DNA from: an uncultured Planctomycetales bacterium
Lineage (GTDB): Bacteria > Omnitrophota > Gorgyraeia > Zapsychrales > GWA2-47-8
NCBI GenBank assembly: GCA_964499685.1
Contig: CAZCLW010000001.1
Location: 28,278 to 92,277, forward strand
Direction of reading: 5' to 3'
DNA: 64,000 nucleotides
Under the pieces are notes generated by a model, which saw only the letters and a list, made by a program, of their open reading frames with translations, did no database searches and had not been told where the DNA came from. Positions 1 to 15,000 of this stretch are shown one piece after another. The number at the start of each line of letters is the position of its first letter. The stretch's first letter is position 1. Made by a program: the position numbers and the translations under genes.

Positions 1-1
1 G

Positions 2-3000
2 ACGGTCCTCGGGTACACCAATCCTTTGGTCCAAACGGTCAATTTCCACAATATTCCTTTAGCTCCTAACGAAACGCTGGTTCCTCAGAATGGGCATATT
101 TATCAGTTGGACCAGCCTTTGACCTCAGCGGCCGACCTCGACCGGATCGTGGCCAATCAAGCTCCGGTCAAAGTCGCCTTTGCCCACCGGAATGAAGCTA
201 CCGGCAAGATCGAACACAAGGTGGCCCCTGTCCATAATGGTAAATTTGTCCATACCGAAGCGCGCGCCGCGACCGTCAACGGCAGAAAGACACAGTTCAA
301 TATTGCCCACACTATGGTCGCGGACAAGAATAATGGTTTCCATGAACGTGAAGATTCCCGTTTAGCGGAGGATGTTGATTTCGGCGGAACAAAATTTGCC
401 AAAGGTACGATCCTGAAGAGTTCCATTCAACCCGGCGTTACATTGTTCGTCGACAAGGATAATCGTCAGCAGATCTTGGGCGCTTATCGCGGGGATCAAG
501 TCTATACTCCCGATGCCGAAAATCGTATCATCTTCTCTGATAAGATTCAGATCGATGGACAAAAAGGTTCATTCGGCCTGCAAAGAGAATATCTGGCGGC
601 CGGTAAAGACCTCATTCTGACAAAGGCCGGGTTCTTGAAAGACCAGCAGCCGGTCATGATCAACGGTCAGTCCATCAATGACCTGCCGATGGACAGCGAA
701 GGTGCCTTCCGTAACGCGCAGGGCGAAATCGTTGCTGTGTATAAAGAAGACAAGAACGAGAAAAATGAAGATATCAAAAAAGTATATGCTGTTAACGACC
801 GACGCTATTTGGCGGAAGAAGAAACAGTCAAGATCATGAGTCCTGCCGATCCCAAGAGAGAGATTAAAGTCAAGGCCCGTCCAAATCTTTACGTTTATGA
901 TCGCGAGAATTCCTCTGCGCCCTATATTGTCTCGGAAGATGTTAAAGAGGCCGGTGTAAAGGCCGGTGATGAGATTTTCCTGAGCCAAACGTATGATGTC
1001 CGGGTTGTGCGCAGCAAGGAAAATGGAAGCTTAAAAGGGTTTATCGGCAAAGATAACCGTTTCCACACTTTTGCCACTGATGAAGATCAATTCATCATTC
1101 CTCCGCCGAAGCACAGCGCAGATGGTTTCCAGACGGCTTCCAAAAAGGAAATCCAGCAAGAAATGGTCTATCAGGATGCGTTGGCGCTTCAGCGTAATTT
1201 AATGGTCGGCAATAGGATATTTGCCAGCGAGGGGAAGGCCGAAGAAAAAGAACGCGAAATTACCGCCTTGCATCAAAAGGTCGAACAACTGACCCGGGAG
1301 TTGGGCGGAAATTGGCAGTTCGAGCGGCAAGGCACATCCTTGTCCATGACCTTACAGTCTACTCCTGAGGAAGTTGCTCAGTTGGCAAAGGAAAGCCAGG
1401 CGTTTGCCAGATTCGTTCTGCGTATACAGGACAAGAGCCAATATACAGATGAACCTATCCGTATTTTATTTGATCCCATGCTCCAGGCGGAATCAGGCAA
1501 TGGGAGACCGGGCGAGGTCGCCGGCAGCAAGTATTGGAAGATGGGAACGGATGCCTTTATAAGCACGGCCTTCGGTTATGCGACAACGCACGGTACGGGT
1601 ATCGGTAGAGAACATGAATACTATCATTTGGCCGACAATATTTCACCTTTGACCGGGAATGTCCGCTGGGGCGCGACCACAATTGTCAGCAACGGTTCCC
1701 GTTTGCTGCCTATTAATTTAGGTATTTACAACGGAGAGCGGAAAGGATTATTGATCGCGCTCGGCGAAATCGGTGCCCATGTACGCGAAGCCAAGGGGAA
1801 ACTCAAAACAATGCTGCAGGCCAAAGAAAAAGGCAATACGGCCCGTTTTGAAGAATATAGACGGCGTTCTCTGGAGCCGTTGACCCGTGCCCGCAATATC
1901 GCTTTTGCCAGCGAAAAGGCTCTTACAGTGACCCTGGCTTCTTTAGAGACAGGTACAGCCCAAGTTGAAATCGTTCCTGATCAGCATAACTCTGCCATCA
2001 AGGTCGCCCAAATTTTATCCAAAACGCCTAGCGGTGAAGTGCTCCCCATATCTCAGCCGCTGCCTGTCGGAGAAGAAGGTTATCTGACGGAAAACAACGG
2101 ACGGACTGAGCTCAGCGAGCGCGGGAAAGAATGGGTCCACAAACAATTGACCGTCGCTAAAAACAAGGCTGTAAGGCAGGGACTTTATGCGGAAATCATG
2201 CTCAGCTCAGCCAAGAACCATGCTAAGGACTTTGCCCTGCTCGAAGTTGCCGCCCGCACCTCTTTACCTCGTGCTTTGACATTGCTCAAAGAGGCGCAGG
2301 CCAATGGTGAAGGTAATTTCTCTGATATTGAAACAACCGCTCAAAATGGCCTGCGCTTGATCGCTGAGGCCGTAAGCACTTCGAATGTTGAATTAAGTCC
2401 GGATGGAAAGAAGCGCACGCATTTTAATCCGTTGACCGGCCGCGGTTTTGTCATGGATGTTAAAACGAAACAGATCGAAAAATTCATTTCGAAGGGCGAA
2501 GGAAGATTGGCTTCTTCGGATATTCTGGATCAAAGGACAAAATACAATATCGACGCTGAGATCGAATCAGCCCGTACAGGAAAACCGCTTTCTATCCAGG
2601 GGAATCTGGTCTATGCCAACGATGCGGACAGACAAGCCAATAAGCCGAATATTTTACGCCGCACAGAAGTGGTGGACACAAAAGAAAACGGTGAAGAAAT
2701 CGAAGCCGAAGTCGATTATCAGATCCATTATGAAAACGATCGCAATCCTTATATCGTCCTGAGGGACCAAGAAGATGTCCGGCAAATACGGGAGCTTAAT
2801 ATAGAGGAAGGAACTTTCGGCGAAAAGAGATTCCTTGTGGCCAAGAATGATGACCGGTATGGCCTGAAGGCGGGAGATGAAATTGTCTCTGCCGGCAATA
2901 TCGCCCTCTTCCGTAACGGTATAGGCGGAGAGATTAAGGCGGCTGAAATACCCGGAAAAGGAGTCCGGCCTGTGGTCGATGGCCGGTTGAGCTTTGGGTT

Positions 3001-6000
3001 GGAAGATATTAACATTCCTCTGTCTGACGGAAAGTCGGTACCCGTTCCTAATGAGATGGTGTTTAGTATCGATCCGCAAACCGGTGAGCCCGGAACTTTA
3101 TTTACGCGTTTAATGCCTCAAGCGCCGCTATCGGTTGCCGGCGGCGAATTGGTTATTGAGTCCGGAGACCGGCTGTATGAAGAAATGGGAGTTGTGACCA
3201 GTGCGCAAGGAGAAATCAAAGGATTTGTTCAAGGATCGGAGTGGAAAGCCGAAATGGCACGCCGCGAGATCAGCGGTCCACAGGATATTGTAAGCCGCGA
3301 CATGGAGTCTCCACTTGAGATATCAAAGGTTAAGGGCCGGAATATTTATCATGTTGAGTTTGCGGATATACGTGCTCAGAATCGCGCTTTTGGCCGTGTG
3401 ACGCTTTTTGCGGAATCCAAAGAGCATAAAGGACAGGTAGCGGAAATGTCGGCAGTGTCGGAGTTTGCTATGATCGGCCATGATCTGACCGTCGGTGATA
3501 TGGTGGAGTTCTACAATAGCGCAGAGCAAGGCGGTATAGAGCTTGATATGGCCGAGCAAGTGGTCCGGACCGCTATGATCAAAGAGGGTCTTATCGCCAA
3601 AGAAAATGGACGGTTCGTGACAAAGTCAGATGCGGCCGTCCTTGCCGTTGCCCGCGATGATTCTCGAAGGCTGATACAAGATAATGATCACCGCGCCGAT
3701 CTGGTCGGGCATGAATTTAATCACGGATTGTATTTCACAGATGCCAACTTTAAACAAGGGGTTGAGCAAGTATGGCAAATGCTTGCGCCGCGGGAACAGA
3801 AAGCGGTCAAGGATTTCTTAGTTTCCCAGGATATGTATGATGGAGAAGATGAGGCTTTAGTCATAAGAGAATTTGCCGGTTGGTTCAGGAGTTTGCGGTC
3901 GGTTGACCGCATGGCCGACGGAAAGATATCTGCCTTGCATGATCCCGAGATCAGAAAAACATTTGAGGATGTGGAAGGCATGCTGTTAAGTTTGGAAAAA
4001 GATGTAATGGCCATGACCGCAGAGCCCACCCAGCTTGCCAAACCCGGCCAGACCGGCAGCATTGATATTCCGGACCAGAAAAACGCCGCCATGTTGGGCA
4101 GTGTCGAAGGACAGATCCGTGCGCCGCCGGTTATCGGGACATTGCCGGTTCCTTTTGTTCCTCCCGCACCTGTTCTTCCTCCGGCTATCGGCCTGTTATC
4201 CGCCAGACAGCCGGATTCAGTTGAACTCAGCCAAGAAGCCCTTTTAGCCTCATCGGTCAGCGGCATTTTAGCCCAGCCGCCAAAAAAGACATCTGAAATC
4301 CCGGAAAGACCCGAATTCGTCCGGCGCGTTGAACCTGCTTCCGGCTCATCCGCGGCCAACGATCAACGACAGCGCGGATTTGATCAGCAAAGATCGAATC
4401 CGGCGATGCTGGCCTTGGTGCAGTCCGAACCGCTGTTCGTCGCTCCGTTAGCCAATGCCACGCCTCAGCAGGAGATCGACCGGGCGGCCCGTGTTGTCCG
4501 CAGCGCTGACGATAAAACTTTAACCACGTTATTCACGATTGCCGGTATACCGCCGCAGGAATCCCGGGATTTGATCAATGATATCAAGATCGCCCGCGCG
4601 GAAAACCGGAACGTTACTTTTGATCAACTGCCGCAAGCCCTGCAGGAGCCGCAGGTCATCCAGGTCCTCGCCCGTGGGCCTTTGGAAACGATGCCGATTG
4701 CGAATGAGGATGAACGATTTGAATTCGGGGATGATGCTTCTTTATTATTGACGCGTCACGGACCGTATCTTGAGCTGCAGCCGCACGCTCCGAAACAGGG
4801 ATTAGGAAAATTAATGTATGCCTTCGCGGCCCATAGGGCCCAAGAAAAGGGCCTGCAGTTGCGTTCCGGATTGATCGGTACCGAAGCCTTATCCGCCGAT
4901 GACAAAGCCCGCTGGGAAAACATGGTCGCTGCCGGCCAAGCTGAGATCGTCAACAACCATTATGTGGCCAGACCGGATATAGACATTGTTTTGGCGGGAA
5001 TGGATACAAGAGAATTTTATGATACAAACGCCGCGATGCTCGCTTCTTCCCGGCGTGCTATTCGTCCAACGCAGTCCAATGCCGTTGTCGCGGAAAAACT
5101 GGAGCAATGGGTCGCTGCCCATGATCAAGAACTCCGGCCCATGGCCCGCTTCATCGCCGATAATATCACCCATATTTCGCAAGAGGATTTTGAGAGTGCT
5201 CTGGGTGAATCGGTCGATCAGTTCAACCAGGCGACCCAGGATGAGCCTTATGTGGTCCTTCTGCCGCCCGGCAATAAAAGCAACACCTGGGTCTATCAGC
5301 TTGCGAGAGAAAATAATTTACGCGAACCCGTTGCCGTCCATGTTGTCGGATCCGACTGGCAAGCCGCCCATCCGGACGTAAAGAACGTTGTCCTTATCGA
5401 TGATGCCGCGTATTCCGGCACAAGCACCGTAGGTTCATTATCACGATCAGGCCTCATGGATCCCGATCTTAGCGATGTGAAGGTCCATGTCATTACGCCT
5501 TTCATGACCGATTGGGCCTTGGACCGCGCACAAACCGCCAGAGCCAATGTCAATGTGTACCGGAGCGGCCGTATCAAGACCGTTGACGACATTTTAAGTG
5601 AAGATGAGATAGCCAATGCCGATGGCATCCGTTCAAAGATCCTGAGCCTGAGCGGCGCCACGCCCGGAGAGCTCAGCCGCCAGACGCTGACTTATTTTGA
5701 TCATACGATAGGGGATTCTTTATCGACCCTGTCCTTGAACGGCCACAGCATTTTTGACGGAGCGGTCGTGGATAAATTCGGTTCCAAACAGACCGCTGTT
5801 CCTTTTGTCGAGAAAACAGTCCAGCCTTATCGACAAGGGGCCAACCAAGCGATGCTGTCCTTGCGCTCGATGGACAGCCCGATCTTGTCCAGCCGCAGAG
5901 CTCATCGTTACGCCCAAGCCGTCCAGATGGAACCGTGGAATTGGGAACCGGTCGTTGACAGCATAAGCGAAACCCGGGCCGGGCGGATGTTCGAAAGGGC

Positions 6001-9000
6001 TAAGGATTCTTTAAGAGGCGGTAATTTCCTCAGAGCCAGATTGCAGTTCAACATGGCCAGAATGATGGCGGAAAAGAGCGAACCGCAGCTGGCTGAACGC
6101 GCCAAAGGATTCGCGGACACTATCCGTCGCAGGGATTCAAAGGATCCTCAAACCGAGAGCGCACGTCTCTTGGGATATGAACCGACCGTTTATGATGTTG
6201 CCGATCTTGTTTTAAGCGTAAGACCGGAATTGGCGGTCAAAGTGCTCGAAGAAGATCAGGGGACATTCACTCCGCAGCAATTTGCGGCGACAAGAGATTT
6301 TCTCTTCTCTATTATGCAGCAGCAGGATGAAGAAAGCATCAAACCGCGGTTCGGGCTTGATCATCCGACCCCTGATCCACGCCACATACCGGCTTATGTG
6401 AGCATCTTTATGGCCCAGGTGAGGGATTCCGAAAAGATAGATCCTGAGATCAAACAGCAGGCCTTGGAAGCTTTGGCCGCCATGCCGGAGATCACGCCGC
6501 AATGGTATGCCAAGCACGTTCGCATGGATGCCGAAGTCGAGGAAAGAATGCGCACAGGGCATCGGCCGCTTCTGGCCGCCGGCCGTGGCGTGCCGCAATT
6601 GGCAGGCACTTCCGAACAACCGGCCCGGCCGCCGATTGTTGAAAAGCCGGTCACGGCCTCAGAAAGAGCCGCCGTTACGCAGACAATGTATGACCTGGAA
6701 GACGGCATCAAACAGGTTTCCGATCAAGACAGAGACAGATTATTGATGCAGATGGCTGCCTCTATCGGTCCTGTCAAGGACGAAGAGCCTTCCATCAAAG
6801 AAATGCTGGCCCTGCGCACCATTGCTAAAGTCGCGGAAGGCAAAGATGTCAAACGTCTTTTGCGTGAAGCAAGACAGAACAGTAATGTCGATACTTCTAC
6901 GGTCACGGATGAAAAGATCGAGTGGGTCGCGCAAAGGATCAGCGATGAATTCGGCCCGACATACTCTGTCTGGGGTGCTCCGACGATGATCCAGCAAGCC
7001 CGTAATCAGTTAGGTTTGCCGGACCTTACCAAAATGATTCTTCTTGAGGGCAGGGAAGCGCCTTCTATCGCCGGTAACGCCGCGATGCTGGCTTCAGCCC
7101 GTCAAGCAACGAAAGAACGACTGGTCCGGCTGCAGCAGACCCTGACGAGCGGTGCAAAAGCAGGGCTCGAGTTTGAAGATCGATTGCTTGAAAGCAGCAC
7201 TGGGGATATCACGCCGCCGGCGCATTTGGTCCGCAGGCCTGACGGTTTATATGTGCATATGCACTTGAATGTTCCGGGTGAGGACGGCAACCAAGCTATT
7301 TCTCACGGCATGTTCTTTAAGGTAGAAAAATTATCGCCTGAAGGTGTGGTCTTAAGCGATCCGTTGATGGATGCTTCCGGCGATTTCAATGCTCCGCAGA
7401 TTGTCCGTTTGGAAGATTTCCCTGAATATCAGAAAGAGATCGGCGATGTTGTCCAAGCCGCCGCTCAAACAGTGGGAGGGCGCCTAACTGAGCTCACGCC
7501 TCATTTGCAGAATAACGGCCGCATCTCTTATTTCATGTCGGGCGATGACCTCATGCAAGTCTCCAAAGCCATTCCGCAAAATCTTTCCAAAGGCGCTTTC
7601 TTGACTCCCGACGGAGAGATCAAAGTCGTCGATTTGCCGGCCGGTACGGCGGATGTTCCGTCCATGTTCGGCATCTCGGTCAAAGCGAGCCCCTCGGTTG
7701 ATCAAAACGACGGCCAAAATCGTATGACGATAAACCTGCAGCGTAATGATCCGCAAAAGCCTGAAATGATCTTTTCGAGAGATGTCATTGCGGAAGAACC
7801 GGTCTCGGAGCAGGAAGCCGCTTATGCCGTCTCCATAGCTTTGATGGAATCCATGGCGGAAGAAAAAGAATTACTGGATACAAACACAGCCTATGTCATT
7901 CCGCAATACAGGATCCGCGAAGCCCGTCAGCAGATCGCCTTGGCCACATCCAATGCCGCCATGCTCAGCTGGACGGACCGCAAGGTCAATAACATGGCGG
8001 AAGTGCGTAACACTTTGGCCAAGTCCACGGATCTTTTGGGATTTGAAGCGAATGTTGCGCCGTCTTTGGAGTATCAACAGGCCGTTAATGACCTTATTGA
8101 GTTTTTGAATGAGCAAGGCGTCACACCTCAACGTCTGGAACAAAAATATAAAGAATGGCATGGGCTCCTGGGCGGAACAAAAATCACCGACGCCGGCGAG
8201 TATCAAGAAGATTTTAAGGGCCAGCATCTACAAATTTTTGAGCGGTTGGTCAAAGGTGACCTTAGTCAAAAAATAGACAGTGATCCCGTAGGTGTGGCCG
8301 CGGAAGTTATCGCGGACCTGGTTTACTGGCAGCCTTTCGTGGACGGCAACAGCCGTACCGCTGGTTTACTGGCCAATTATGTCCTGATCAAGGCCGGTCA
8401 CAGGCCGTTTATCCTTGATGAACAAAATATGTCGGTCTACGAGGATATTGTCCGGCTTGAGAGCTTCGGCAGCCTTCGCGGGGAAAAATTGCAGCAGTTC
8501 AAGCAGGCAAAACTCAGGGAATTTCTGGATGAGCAGTTCATTTCTCGTCAGGTCGCCCATCGCGGTTACAGCGTGATCCGTAACGGCGAGAACGGGGGAG
8601 GACAATGGGAGGTCATGCGCGCGCCTGTCAGCATTATCCGCGATCCCGAGGTCCAGCGTTTAATTGAGACAGAATATTTCTCAGAAGATACGGATAGAAT
8701 AGCGGGCGGCGCACTCTTTAGTCCTTCCATTGATGAAGCCAAGGCCCGCGAGATCTTTGGGCAATATAAGGCTTTGCTCGATCACATGTGGAAAACAGGC
8801 AATATCCAGGATGTGACGGTCGATAAATTATTCTTATCGCCGGACGGAAGGGTTTATTATCCCAACTTGGTCACACGCCTTAAGACGGATGTCCACAACC
8901 AGGCCGATCTTTATCCTGCCGTTTTCACGGCGGCTATTCGCAACAAAAACCGGGAGCTTTTAGCGAAAGTTCCGGCATCGGTCCGCCAAGCTTTTGAAAG

Positions 9001-12000
9001 CGAAATGAAAGACTTCCTTACTGGGGATAATTATAAGCGTCTGCGCCAGGGTGGCGCCAACGCCGCGATGCTGGCCTCACTCAACACCAGAGGCCTGGAA
9101 GCTGAACAGATAAAAGAAAAGATTGTGGAACGCAAGCTCGACCGCAAATACGAAGCGGCTGCGCCGGAAATCCCGCTGCAGGATTTGAGAAAATATGCCG
9201 AAGTTTATTTCGGCGAAATGATGGAACCGCAGGAGATGAAGGGCATCCCGGAAGCGGCTGAACAGCTCATTGCCCGCGCCCAGCAGAAGAACAGCGGTAA
9301 TTATAAGAAGACCATTGATGAGGTCATGCACGCCTTTGATCAAGCCATGGACAAAAAACCGGCGGAAGTCACTGCCTTCCTTAATAGTGTCATCACTGAT
9401 GACGATATCAAGCAGTCAAACCGTTTAAGCGCGAGCGCCAAAGCAATTACCGAAAGGGCCATCCGCCGGACTTATGAGGAATTACATCCCGATGTTCAAG
9501 AAAGCATCGTGGCGGTCATCGGCACCGGCAGCGTTGCCCGCGACCGGGCCGTGACCGGCGTTCCGGCTTTGCGCACGACTGCCAGCGATTACGATGTGCG
9601 CGTGGTGGTGAAGGATAAAGAATCGATTGCTTTTGCCGACAGATTTTTTGAATTGCTTCCTCAGAAAATGGAAGCCGAATTGATCGCGGCTGGATTCGAT
9701 AGAAAGCAGATCCGCGCCCAGGACATTTTAGATGTGCAGAAGGTGGATGTGGAAGTTGCTCCTGACAAGAAGGCACTGGGCAAGGTCATCAGAGATATTG
9801 TCCGTTCACAGGTGGCCCAGGAAGGCGTTTCCGCTTACCATGTGGTTGAATTCCGCGAGCAGCCGTCCAATGCCGCGATGCTCTCGGTACCGGCCCGTCT
9901 GTCTTCTTACAGGCCGGTCAATACGTTCGTTCAAAGACCGCTCATTTCGGCCGCGCCCGATCAAATTTTGAAGCAGCAGTGGATCGAGCGTCATCCGGCC
10001 GATATGCGCTCGACCGCCAGGTTTATTGCCGATAATATTCAGCATATTCCTCAGCAGGAATTTGAAAGGAAACTGCAGCGTTCCGTCGCGGCCTTTAACG
10101 AAGAGATCGACCGCCGGCCGTATGTTGCTGTCAGTGAAACCGGCAAGAGTAATGAGTGGGTCTATGAACTTGCCCGCGAACAGGGCTTGAGAGAGCCGCA
10201 GGCCGTGCTGGAACCGGATGAACTTGAGGATTGGCTGAAAGATCATCCGCGCGTGGAAGACATAGCTATTTTCGATGATGCCTCTTATTCCGGAACGCAG
10301 ACTGCCGAGATCGTTAGGACGGCCATTTTGGCTTCGCCGGAAAGGGATGCCCAGGTCCATGTGGTCGTTCCGTTCATGAGCCGCGCCTCGCAGGATATGA
10401 TTATGATCTTTAATCAGAATTCAGACGTCAATTTTTACGATCAACAGATCATACCGACGATTCCGGAGTTGTGGGAAGAGGCTTACGAACAGGCTCAGCT
10501 GGCCAATAATACTCAACGTTTGAAGGAACTGGAAGAAGTCAAGATAGTGTTCGGTGAAGTTTACGGCGTCAATATGGTCCAAGATAAACCGGAGGGTTTG
10601 GCCGGAGCCCCGATGACCTTAACTTATTTTGACCATAAGATACCGGATAATGTTTCCGCGGTCGCCCCGAAGCGCCATGAAAAGAATGTTTTAAATGGTG
10701 TTGTCGTGAACCGTAGCGGTGAAATTACGGCGAACGTTCCGTTCATCCCGGCCGTCAAAGAGCCGTATGCCGGTAAATATATGGCCTGGGTCGAAAAAGA
10801 ACATCCGGAGATTGCCCGGTTTGTCGCATCGGAAGCGCAGAATCGAAGACCGGCCGCCGCTAACGCTGCCATGCTGAGCAACCGGACCCTTGAAGCGATC
10901 GCCGAACGTATTGCGCCGCAGCCGCTCAGCGCCGAGACGCAAAGAGAACTGGCCAAACTGGAACAGACCCTTGTCCATTCGCCGCATTTGGTCAGGTTCA
11001 GCGGATTGACCGTCGCTCTGCCGGAAACAACGGAAGGCCGGACAATACAATATACCGAGAATGACCTCAAGGCGTTAAAGCGGAATTACTACATCAATGC
11101 CATCCAGAAGGAAGCCCGCAGCCAGAAAGTTTTGCGCGATGTCGTCCTCAAAAGGGTCGATGCCTTGACTCCTGTTGTGGATGTCCTCTCCAAGGAATTT
11201 GCGACCAATGACTTGTTAAAAGAAGAAATTGAAATAGCCGATCCCGAGATCCTCTGGGTCGGGTTAAAGGGAAGCGCCTTGTGGGGCGTTAAAGGAAAGA
11301 AGAAAGAGGACATCGATCTTGTCGTCATGGTCAAAGGTGATTTCACCAACCGCCGTTTCTTTACGATCCCTTCGGCCAATTTCGGACAAGAGGTCATCGA
11401 TCATTTGAGAGAGAACTACGGCGAAGATATTACGGATACCAAGATCCAGATCAACATCATTTCCGACAAATATTTGACCGATCCCGGGTTTGTCGCCGGG
11501 ACCGACAAGCCTTCCCGTAAACGCGTCCAGGAACGGTTGATATTCTTGAGTTCCGTCGCCGATACCACCCTGCCGATCTACAGCAAATTTGAGCAAAATC
11601 CTTTTGATGATATCGAGCTCCATCCCTGGTTACTCTTGGCCCAGGCCGAAAGCCTGATCCATGATGCTCAGCGCTACTTGCAATCAAACGACCATGACCC
11701 GCGTTATGCCGAGCTCAAAGTCGATAAACGGTTGATCGAGGCGGAATTGGCCATTAATTCCATTATGGCCCAGGCCGAGAATCAGGGGATACGGTACAAC
11801 GGTGAGGTCGGCATCGTTCAGCACATGAAAGGCGTTTCACCTCTGAAGCAAAGATTGATCAATCTTCAGCGCAAGGTCAATTTTGTTAAGACGAAATTAC
11901 CCGAATTGGTCAAAGAGCGCGAGGCCTTGTTTGAAAGCGAGGCCAAGACGATCATCGGCCGCGATACATCTATATTGGCTGCTCGTCCGTTGGCATCCAC

Positions 12001-15000
12001 CGAAGGATTTGGTCACGATAACTGGAACAGCCATTTTGACATTGCCGCCAAGGATGAAGGCCGGCGGGTCATCACAGAATTTTTAGATAACGACCGTCAT
12101 GCCTATGTCGGTTTTGGGGATATGTCCAAGATCTCGGCCATGGACAAGGGCTCTGTTTCCCGCCTGGTCGATATTCTTGTTCCTTTCGAAGTCAGGTTCA
12201 TGGATGAAGAATTGAAGAAATACGGCGGCCGGGCCGTGCGTCTGATGTCCGATGAGATCGTCCCGATCTTGCCGTCGAACCTGTCTCCGGGGAAAGTCAA
12301 TGAGATCCGTATGGATGTCCAAAAGAAAGTTTCCGGCCTGATCGCCAACCGTTTCGGCCAGGCGCTGGTCAAGGGTGTGACCGAAGAGAATGTTGAGGAC
12401 ATCCGCCGGGCCGTTCAGGATAACCTCGGAGAGGCCATCTTTGTGGATCTTTATAAAGATGAAGACGGCTATCATATCGTTTTTGACCGTCAGGGTGAGG
12501 ACCTTGAGACGGCGTTTGAGAACAGTTTGACACTTGTTAACGCCGGTCTTGCCGTTCAAGGCCGGGCTGATCTGGAATTAAGTCGCACCGACGCTAAACC
12601 CGTGAGCATGCTGTATAACGGCCGGCAGGTGCAGGTTGATCTGAGCCGTCCCATGCCGGTCTATTCTCCCAAGATTGCTTTTGGCTTTGACAAGGCCGCT
12701 GAGGTCACAAGTGCGCAAGACGGTGCTGAACCGAAATATGATGCTCAAAAGTCTTTTGACCGTGTGGTCAAGCGCGCCGAGTATATTTTGAACCGTTCCA
12801 AAGAAGAGGACAGGGCCGGTGGCATGTACACGGATTTTGCCGATGAACTGGATGAATTCAGCGCCGGAAAAACAGCGACGTTGCCGGCGCTCGACGTGGA
12901 AGAAAAGTCATCCATGGTCCGTCGTCTGGCGGCCGCCGATATCCGCCTGGCCCCGAACATGATTGAAGATTATCTGCCGGTCTTCAAGCGCACCGAATTG
13001 GGTTCCATCTTAAGACAGTTGATCGGCCACGGCGGCGTGACATTGATGAAGGCCGATATCCGTTATATTCCGCAAGGAAAGACGGCTGCCAAGGTCCAGG
13101 AATTATTGACCCCTGACCCGCAGACCGGTAAGGCCAAATTCACTTTGGATACGTTGCGCGGAAAGCAGAACAGCGACGGAAGCGTTGATTTCGGGTTCAA
13201 GATGTGGAATGAGACCAAAGACCACGGTGACGCCAATAAGACCCTCTTGGGTATCGTCAACAGCATTAATGAAGGCTTGAAAGAAGAAGGCGTGCGTGTG
13301 GCCTTGACCAGCCGCGGCCCGCCGGATGAGATATATATCGCCTTTCCTGCCCATCTCCAGAGATTTAATGAAGAAGATTATGTCCGCATCATCGACCGTA
13401 TACAGAAAGAGATCAATGAGGCCCTGGCCGGAGAAGCCGCGGTCAGGATCAATGCCGCCGTTGTTGAGAGCCGTACGGTCGGCACCAACGTTTCCGATAT
13501 CATCACCACGGCGGATAAACTGACCAAGATCGAAAATGCCATTGCCCCCACCGTTACTCCTCAAGGCAACAACATAAGGACATTCAGCATAGAGCCGGCT
13601 TCCCGTGACGCTTATAAGGATGAAGTCGCTGCTTTGCGCGCCTTCAACCGCGCCAAGGCCCGGCTGATCCTGGCGGAAAATTATGGTAACGGCGAAGAGA
13701 TCATCCAGACCAATGCCGCGATGTTGGCCGCCCGTCCTGAGCTGCAGATCCGTACTGTCAATAACTTCACGACACAAGGCGAATTACGTTCTTACGCCCG
13801 CGAGTTGATTGATTCCGGCGAGCAGCGTCCGGTGTATGTCTATGACCCGAACAACGGCAAACCGGTCCTGCGCGTTGCTGATACCCTGCAGATGAAGATG
13901 CCGGATTTCGTCGAGAAAGACGCGATCGTTCTAGCACCGGTCGGCCGTGTCGATGCCTTTGCCGGACCTGAAATGCGTTCTCTTATTCAGCGCGCTGACA
14001 TTGATGAGCGCGCGACTACGTTGGCCAGCTTGGGTATTGTCCGCAGCAATCAGCCCATACATTCGGTCGTGATCGAAGGCCGCGACCTGGTCGTTCTTCA
14101 TCCGGCCCAGTTCACTGACCGGCAAAAAGGATTTATCCAGGCCTTGATCGAGGCGCAAAAAGCCAAAGGTGTCGCCGTTGACATGGTCGCCTTTGTGGCT
14201 GAAGAAAGCCCGGTGCTGATCGATGGCAAGGCCAATATGTACGCGACCAGCGACGGTCAAGAAGCAGGAAAGAGCGTTCTGTTCATCACGCCTGAGTTCG
14301 TCGAAGAACAGGTCAGTTATTTACACAGATTTACCTATAATCAGGGTCCGCAGTGGGCCCGGGATATCGCCAGACCCGACATGCCGTTCGGTCTGGATAT
14401 TTTCAGCGGTCAAAACGCCAATAAGGTCAAAGAAGAGATCGGCAAGATCAAGATCCCGTTGACGAAGGTTGATTTAACCACCGAAGAGATCCTGGCCAAG
14501 GCTTATCCGTCAACTCAAGAGACCCGCATTGTCTCGCGTGATATAGTTGATCTTCCGACGGTGGAATTAAAGACGCCGGAACTTCCGCTCATGCCGGCAA
14601 TCGAACCGGCCGCGCCTATGCCGGTGCAAATGCCGGCGCCGGTTACCATGCCGGGCCTGGTTTCAGCCCAGAGAACGAATGCTTTTGAACGGCCGTCTAC
14701 GATCGCACGGCCTCCGGCAGAACCGCTCCAGATTTCTTTAAGAGAACCGTTTGATTGGGTTCAATACAGAAAAACTTCCAATGATCCGAGCTTTGGCGCC
14801 TCCACCTACGCGGGTTCACGTGTCATCCGCGAATTAAGCCGCGGATTTGTGACGACCCTGGAAGACCGGTCGAACCGTGCCATGCTTTCCATTCCGGCCC
14901 AGGTGCGGCCGCTGCCTCCGGATGCTATAAAGAATTTCATTTCCGCTGTGTTCAACGAACGCCGCGTGCCCGGTCTCTTGCGCATTTATGTGGCCCGCAC

